A DNA stretch of 50,395 nucleotides from Pseudolabrys sp. (GTDB lineage: Bacteria; Pseudomonadota; Alphaproteobacteria; Rhizobiales; Xanthobacteraceae): positions 1 to 50,395 of the forward strand of contig DATEKG010000235.1 in NCBI GenBank assembly GCA_035277565.1, given 5' to 3'. This document shows, one piece after another, positions 45,569 through 50,395 of the stretch; within the stretch, counting starts at the first letter, position 1, and each line of letters begins with the position of its first letter. The notes beneath the pieces were generated by a model. It did not search any database, had not been told where the DNA came from, and worked only from the letters and a program-made list of their open reading frames with translations. The position numbers were made by a program, and so were the translations under genes.

Positions 45569-46276
45569 ATGTCGCTCGATGCGCGCGAACGGCTGATTGT
45601 GGCTCTCGATGTGCCGACCGTGAAGGCGGCGGAAGCGATGGTCAGCTGCCTCGGCGATTCGGTCTGGTTCTACAAGATTGGCTATCAGCTTGCCTTTGCC
45701 GGCGGCGGCCTGCCATTTGCCGGCAGTCTTATCGCGGCCGGCAAGCAGATCTTTCTTGATCTCAAGCTGCACGACATCGGCAATACAGTCGAGAAGGGCG
45801 TCGAAAGTGTCGCTCAGCTTGGCGCGACATTTCTGACCGTGCACGGCTATCCGCAAACCATGCGGGCGGCGATGAACGGCAAACGCGGCTCGAGGCTGCG
45901 CATTCTCGCGGTTACGGTGCTCACCTCATACGATGATGCCGATCTCGCCGCCGCCGGTTACGAGCTGAACGTCCGTGAACTGGCTGCTGCGCGTGCCGCC
46001 CAGGCCAGGGATATCGGGGTTGACGGACTGGTGTGTTCGGCCGAGGAGGCCGCATCGCTGCGCGATGTCGCCGGCCCGGGCATGGTGCTGGTCACGCCCG
46101 GCATCAGGCCGGGGGGGAGCGCAACCGGAGACCAGAAGCGGATCATGTCGCCGGCGCGCGCGATCGAGGCCGGCGCCGACTATCTTGTCGTTGGCCGCCC
46201 GATCGTGGAGGCACGCGATCCGAAGGCGGCCGCAGATTCGATCGTCGCCGAAATAGAACACGCTGCAGGCAAGTGA
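45569..46276 (+). CDS. pyrF: Orotidine-5'-phosphate decarboxylase
   Basis: [46 protein letters not shown]. Confidence 0.97.
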   Translation: MSLDARERLIVALDVPTVKAAEAMVSCLGDSVWFYKIGYQLAFAGGGLPFAGSLIAAGKQIFLDLKLHDIGNTVEKGVESVAQLGATFLTVHGYPQTMRAAMNGKRGSRLRILAVTVLTSYDDADLAAAGYELNVRELAAARAAQARDIGVDGLVCSAEEAASLRDVAGPGMVLVTPGIRPGGSATGDQKRIMSPARAIEAGADYLVVGRPIVEARDPKAAADSIVAEIEHAAGK

Positions 46277-46285
46277 GAGGTCGAA

Positions 46286-46588
46286 ATGGCCAAGGGCTAT
46301 TGGATTGCCAACGTCGATGTGCGGAGCCCGGACGGGTACAAAAACTATACCGCGCTTTTGTCGGACATCTTCCACAAGCACAACGGCCGCTACCTGATGC
46401 GGGGCGGCCGAGTGGAGGCCGTGGAAGGCAAAAGCCGCAGCCGGATCGTCGTCATCGAATTTCCCAGCTACGAGGCGGCGATGACCTGCTATCGCTCGCC
46501 TGAATACGCCAAGGCGATTGCGCTGCGGCAGGCCAGCGCGGATGCCGATCTTATCGTCGTGGAAGGCTATGACGGACCGCAGCCCTGA
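46286..46588 (+). CDS. DUF1330 family protein
   Basis: KGYWIA, GRYL.RGG....EG, VVIEFPS, Y.SPEY. Confidence 0.88.
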   Translation: MAKGYWIANVDVRSPDGYKNYTALLSDIFHKHNGRYLMRGGRVEAVEGKSRSRIVVIEFPSYEAAMTCYRSPEYAKAIALRQASADADLIVVEGYDGPQP

Positions 46589-46648
46589 ACAGGGGTGACC
46601 TGCGGCCTGACGCCCGCTATACCCGGTTCGGTCGTGCGGAGCTGAACC

Positions 46649-47464
46649 ATGGCTGAGATGCGCTTGATCGTTGCCGGTGCCGGCGGGCGGATGGGCCGCA
46701 CGCTGGTCAAGGCAATCGCTGAAAGCAAGGAGTTTGCATTGGCGGGCGCGCTCGAGGACGCCCGCTCGCCATTGATTGGCTGGGATGCCGGCGTGCTCGC
46801 CGGTCTTCCCGAAAGCGGTGTCAGGTTGACCGGTGACGCTGCGCCATTGCTCGGCAAGGCGGATGGCATCATCGATTTCACGGCGCCGAGCGCAACGCTT
46901 GAATTTGCCGCGCTCGCGGCGAAGTCCGGCAAGGCTCACATTATTGGTACCACGGGCCTGAGTGCGGCTGATGAATCAAAAATCAGGGACGCCGCGAAGA
47001 CCTCTGTCATTGTCAAATCCGGCAATATGAGCCTCGGCGTCAATCTGCTCGCAGCGCTGACCAAGCGCGTGGCGAGGACCCTCGACAACTCATTCGATAT
47101 CGAAATTCTGGAAATCCATCACAATCAGAAGGTCGACGCGCCTTCCGGAACCGCCCTGTTGCTCGGACGCGCTGCCGCTGAGGGGCGCGGCCTCGAGCTC
47201 GACAAGCGCTCGGTGCGAAGCCGGGATGGCCACACGGGTGCGCGCAAATCCGGCGACATCGGATTTGCGACATTGCGCGGCGGCACCGTTGTCGGCGAAC
47301 ACAGCGTCATCTTTGCCGGGCCGGCAGAACGCGTGGAACTGACCCATAAGGCGGAAGACCGCATTATCTTCGCGCGCGGCGCGCTCTACGCGGCGCGATG
47401 GGCCCATACGCAGAAGCCGGGACTTTATTCGATGATGGACGTTCTTGGTTTGAAGGACATTTGA
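46649..47464 (+). CDS. dapB: 4-hydroxy-tetrahydrodipicolinate reductase
   Basis: [46 protein letters not shown]. Confidence 0.97.
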   Translation: MAEMRLIVAGAGGRMGRTLVKAIAESKEFALAGALEDARSPLIGWDAGVLAGLPESGVRLTGDAAPLLGKADGIIDFTAPSATLEFAALAAKSGKAHIIGTTGLSAADESKIRDAAKTSVIVKSGNMSLGVNLLAALTKRVARTLDNSFDIEILEIHHNQKVDAPSGTALLLGRAAAEGRGLELDKRSVRSRDGHTGARKSGDIGFATLRGGTVVGEHSVIFAGPAERVELTHKAEDRIIFARGALYAARWAHTQKPGLYSMMDVLGLKDI

Positions 47465-47473
47465 GGAATATCG

Positions 47474-48097
47474 ATGAGTGACCGGCTTCTTGTTCTCGTG
47501 CGTCACGGCCAAAGCGACTGGAACCTGAAAAACCTGTTCACCGGCTGGCGCGATGTCGACCTGACCGACAAGGGCGTCGCCGAGGCGAAAGAGGCCGGCC
47601 GCAAGCTCAAGGCGCAAGGACTCAAGTTCGACGTAGCGTTTACGTCTGCGCTCAAGCGCGCGCAGCGCACGCTCGACTTGATGCTGACCGAACTGGGGCA
47701 GACGACGATACCGGTTTTCAGGGACCAGGCCTTGAACGAGCGCGACTATGGCGACCTGGTCGGATTGAACAAAGACGATGCGCGCAAGAAATGGGGAGAA
47801 GAGCAGGTGCATATCTGGCGGCGCTCATACGATGTCGCGCCGCCGGGCGGGGAAAGCCTGCGCGATACCGCCGCCCGGGTGCTGCCTTACTACATCACTG
47901 AAATCCTGCCGCGCGTATTACGCGGCGATCGCGTTCTTGTGGCGGCGCATGGCAATTCGTTGCGCGCACTGGTGATGGTGCTCGACAAGCACACATCGGA
48001 CAGCATCACCAAGCTCAATCTGGATACCGGCGTGCCGATGATCTACCGGCTCAACGCCGATTCCACTGTCGCATCCAAGCTCGATCTTGCAGCTTAG
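47474..48097 (+). CDS. gpmA: 2,3-bisphosphoglycerate-dependent phosphoglycerate mutase
   Basis: [35 protein letters not shown]. Confidence 0.96.
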   Translation: MSDRLLVLVRHGQSDWNLKNLFTGWRDVDLTDKGVAEAKEAGRKLKAQGLKFDVAFTSALKRAQRTLDLMLTELGQTTIPVFRDQALNERDYGDLVGLNKDDARKKWGEEQVHIWRRSYDVAPPGGESLRDTAARVLPYYITEILPRVLRGDRVLVAAHGNSLRALVMVLDKHTSDSITKLNLDTGVPMIYRLNADSTVASKLDLAA

Positions 48098-48999
48098 GCA
48101 GCCGCCGCCATTCCGGCCTCCCAGCCGAGGATCGCACGCTTGCGCGTGATCCCCCAATGATAGCCGGTGATGTCGCCATCCTTCGCGATGACGCGATGGC
48201 AAGGCACCACGAAGCAGATCGGGTTCTTGCCAACGGCAGCGCCGACCGCGCGCGCGGCCTTTGGTGATCCCGCCCGCGCCGCCAGGTCGGAATAAGTGGT
48301 GACGTTGCCCATGGGAATGTCGAGCAGTTTTTCCCACACACGCACTTCAAAATCGGTGCCGATCAGAACGACGCGGAGCGGTTGATCCTTGCGCCACAGC
48401 GATGGATCAAAAATCCGCCGTGCGGTCGGCGCCGTCGCGGCGAAATCCTCCACGTAACGCGCCTTAGGCCAGCGGGCGCGCATGTCTTTAAACGCCGCGC
48501 GTTCCTTGCCGGCATCGGCGAGCGCCAGCCCGGCGAGGCCCCGCGGCGTCGTCATCACGAGGGCGATCCCGAACGGACATGGATGGTACCCATATGTGAT
48601 CGTCAGGCCTTCGCCGCCGGTCTTCCATTCACCCGGCGACATTGCCTCATGCGTGACGAAAAGGTCATGGAGCCGGCCCGGGCCGGAAAGTCCGACTTCG
48701 TAAGCGGTATCGAGGATGCTCGCAGAAGAACGCAACAGCTCTCGCGCATGGTTTAGTGTCAGCGCCTGCAGAAACGCCTTTGGAGTGAGGCCGCACCAGC
48801 GACGGAACAGGTGATGCAATTCGGTTGCCGAAACGCCGGCCGCGTTCGCAATGGCGTCGATCTCAGGCTGCGCGCGCCAGTTTCCCCGGATATGAGCGAT
48901 CGCCCGCCGCACGATGTCATAATCGGCAGATGCGGTCGACAGCGGCGCGAAGTCGTTCAAGCGGTTGGTCAAGGTCGGTCTGGTCAGGGTCATTGTCAT
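48094..48999 (-). CDS. AraC-type HTH fused to methylated-DNA-protein-cysteine methyltransferase (Ada/Ogt family)
   Basis: [29 protein letters not shown]; MGMT GTDF...VW, ARAVG.A...NP, active-site PCHRV. Confidence 0.92.
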   Translation of the reverse strand: MTMTLTRPTLTNRLNDFAPLSTASADYDIVRRAIAHIRGNWRAQPEIDAIANAAGVSATELHHLFRRWCGLTPKAFLQALTLNHARELLRSSASILDTAYEVGLSGPGRLHDLFVTHEAMSPGEWKTGGEGLTITYGYHPCPFGIALVMTTPRGLAGLALADAGKERAAFKDMRARWPKARYVEDFAATAPTARRIFDPSLWRKDQPLRVVLIGTDFEVRVWEKLLDIPMGNVTTYSDLAARAGSPKAARAVGAAVGKNPICFVVPCHRVIAKDGDITGYHWGITRKRAILGWEAGMAAAA

Positions 49000-49004
49000 G
49001 GCCG

Positions 49005-49559
49005 CTATTTAGGCCGATGGGCGCCGTCGGACCACCCGATTCCTGCCTGATCGAACACGGTTCTTGTCGGCCCCCGCCGCGCTTCGCCCAACGCGCTGGC
49101 CAGTTCCTTTGCAAAATCAGCCTTTGCATCGGGGCCCAGGAAACTTGCGATTGCCAGCTGTTTGCCGCGCGATACGAGGAAGAGCCGGTCGATGCCGAAT
49201 TCCTCCAGCTCCACCTTGTCGAGTCTGACCCATAGCGGATTGAGGACCCATTCGCGTACACGGCCGCGATGGCTGACCTTGCGCACTTTGAGCACCGACG
49301 GCGTGACCGTGACCTCTTCATACGCATCGGCATGTCGATAGTTGAGCCGAAAAGCCCAGTAGAGCAAAAGCACGTCGAGCCCGAAAAAGCCGAAGACAGG
49401 CCAGGCGCCCATCAGCAGAAACACGATGCCGGTCACGAAGCTGACTCCGCCGAACAGCGACATCAGCAGCACAAATCCCACACGGCCCAGCGAGCGATGC
49501 GGCGTGAGCGTGGCCGAAAAGATGGTGGGTTCAAGGTCGTCGGCGTTGTCGGGGGTCAT
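49005..49559 (-). CDS. DUF2244 integral membrane protein (real start MTPDNA; longer ORF is antisense to nth)
   Basis: LTPHRSL, GAWPVFGFFGLDV, AFRLNY, NP.WVRL, FLGP..K..FA. Confidence 0.85.
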   Translation of the reverse strand: MTPDNADDLEPTIFSATLTPHRSLGRVGFVLLMSLFGGVSFVTGIVFLLMGAWPVFGFFGLDVLLLYWAFRLNYRHADAYEEVTVTPSVLKVRKVSHRGRVREWVLNPLWVRLDKVELEEFGIDRLFLVSRGKQLAIASFLGPDAKADFAKELASALGEARRGPTRTVFDQAGIGWSDGAHRPK

Positions 49560-49580
49560 TGTGCTCAGTATACCAAAATC

Positions 49581-50366
49581 ATGGTGAAAAAACCTGCCCG
49601 CAGGAAGAACAGGGCTCAGACGAAGACGCGCAGACCGAAGGCGCGCGCCGCCAGGCGCATCAAGGTCAAGCCGCCGCGCAAGCGCATGGCGGCCGACAAG
49701 AAGGCCTCGCTTGGCGTGCTTCCGCAATGGACAACGGAGCAGATCGAGGAAGCGTTCCGCCGGTTCAAGGCGGCCAATCCCGACCCGAAGGGCGAGTTGC
49801 AGCACATCAACCCGTTTACACTTCTGGTCGCGGTGGTTCTTTCCGCTCAGGCGACGGACGCCGGCGTGAACAAGGCGACACCGGCGCTGTTTGCCCTGGC
49901 CGACACGCCCGAAAAAATGGCCGCGCTCGGCGAGAGCAGGGTCCGCGATCTCATCAAGACCATCGGTCTGTTCCGCACCAAGGCGAAGAATGTTGTTGCG
50001 CTTTCGCAAAAACTTGTCGCCGAACATGGCGGTCAGGTGCCACGTTCGCGCGAGGCCCTGGAAGCCTTGCCGGGAGTAGGGCGCAAGACTGCCAATGTCG
50101 TGCTCAATATTGCGTTCGGCGAGCCTACCATTGCCGTTGATACCCACATTTTTCGGGTCGGAAACCGCACCGGTATAGCGCCCGGAAAAACACCGTTCGA
50201 GGTCGAGACGAAGCTCGATCAGGTCGTGCCCGCGCAATACAAGCGTCACGCGCACCATTGGCTTATTCTTCATGGGCGCTACACTTGTGTGGCGCGCAAG
50301 CCTCTGTGCGAGAAATGCATCATCAATGACTTGTGCCGGTGGCCGGGCAAGACAGTTGTAAAATGA
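49581..50366 (+). CDS. nth: Endonuclease III with basic N-terminal extension
   Basis: LLVAVVLSAQATD, HhH LPGVGRKTANV, VDTH, [4Fe-4S] motif C-X6-C-X2-C-X5-C. Confidence 0.96.
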   Translation: MVKKPARRKNRAQTKTRRPKARAARRIKVKPPRKRMAADKKASLGVLPQWTTEQIEEAFRRFKAANPDPKGELQHINPFTLLVAVVLSAQATDAGVNKATPALFALADTPEKMAALGESRVRDLIKTIGLFRTKAKNVVALSQKLVAEHGGQVPRSREALEALPGVGRKTANVVLNIAFGEPTIAVDTHIFRVGNRTGIAPGKTPFEVETKLDQVVPAQYKRHAHHWLILHGRYTCVARKPLCEKCIINDLCRWPGKTVVK

Positions 50367-50395
50367 AGCGTGCCGGGGAGCGTATCGATGGAAGG

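Overview
About 50 kb of GC-rich alphaproteobacterial chromosome. Gene order and protein style suggest Hyphomicrobiales, probably Xanthobacteraceae/Nitrobacteraceae-like (inference). The window very likely spans the chromosomal replication origin. The ~350-380 bp gap between divergent hemE and the PPDK-regulatory (DUF299) gene holds an AT-rich tract, four GANTC sites and about eight degenerate DnaA boxes. Most of the rest is the conserved origin-proximal backbone: rho-hemJ-hemE | DUF299-maf-coaE-dnaQ, secB-fxsA | Tim44-mltA-smr, hslUV | hisB-DUF2628-hisHAFE-coaA, comM, gshB, yraN-rsmI | lpoA-like, hemW-rdgB-rph | hrcA-grpE, dnaK-dnaJ-pmtA-FMN reductase-pyrF-DUF1330-dapB-gpmA, ogt-DUF2244 | nth. 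Accessory-looking insertions are (1) a PAP2/Aur1-like membrane phosphotransferase plus an orphan secreted di-haem MauG-like (predicted His/Tyr-ligated) enzyme with a His/Asp-rich insert, next to rho; (2) an Xre/MbcA-RES toxin-antitoxin pair, an orphan ABC solute-binding protein and a 4,5-dihydroxyphthalate-decarboxylase-like gene between comM and gshB; (3) an orphan chemoreceptor; (4) a secreted hypothetical protein between grpE and dnaK. I saw no rRNA, tRNA, CRISPR array, transposase or integrase. The best candidate for undescribed biology is the orphan MauG-like enzyme islet. I found no clear large novel multi-gene system. All calls come from reading motifs by eye; no searches were run.
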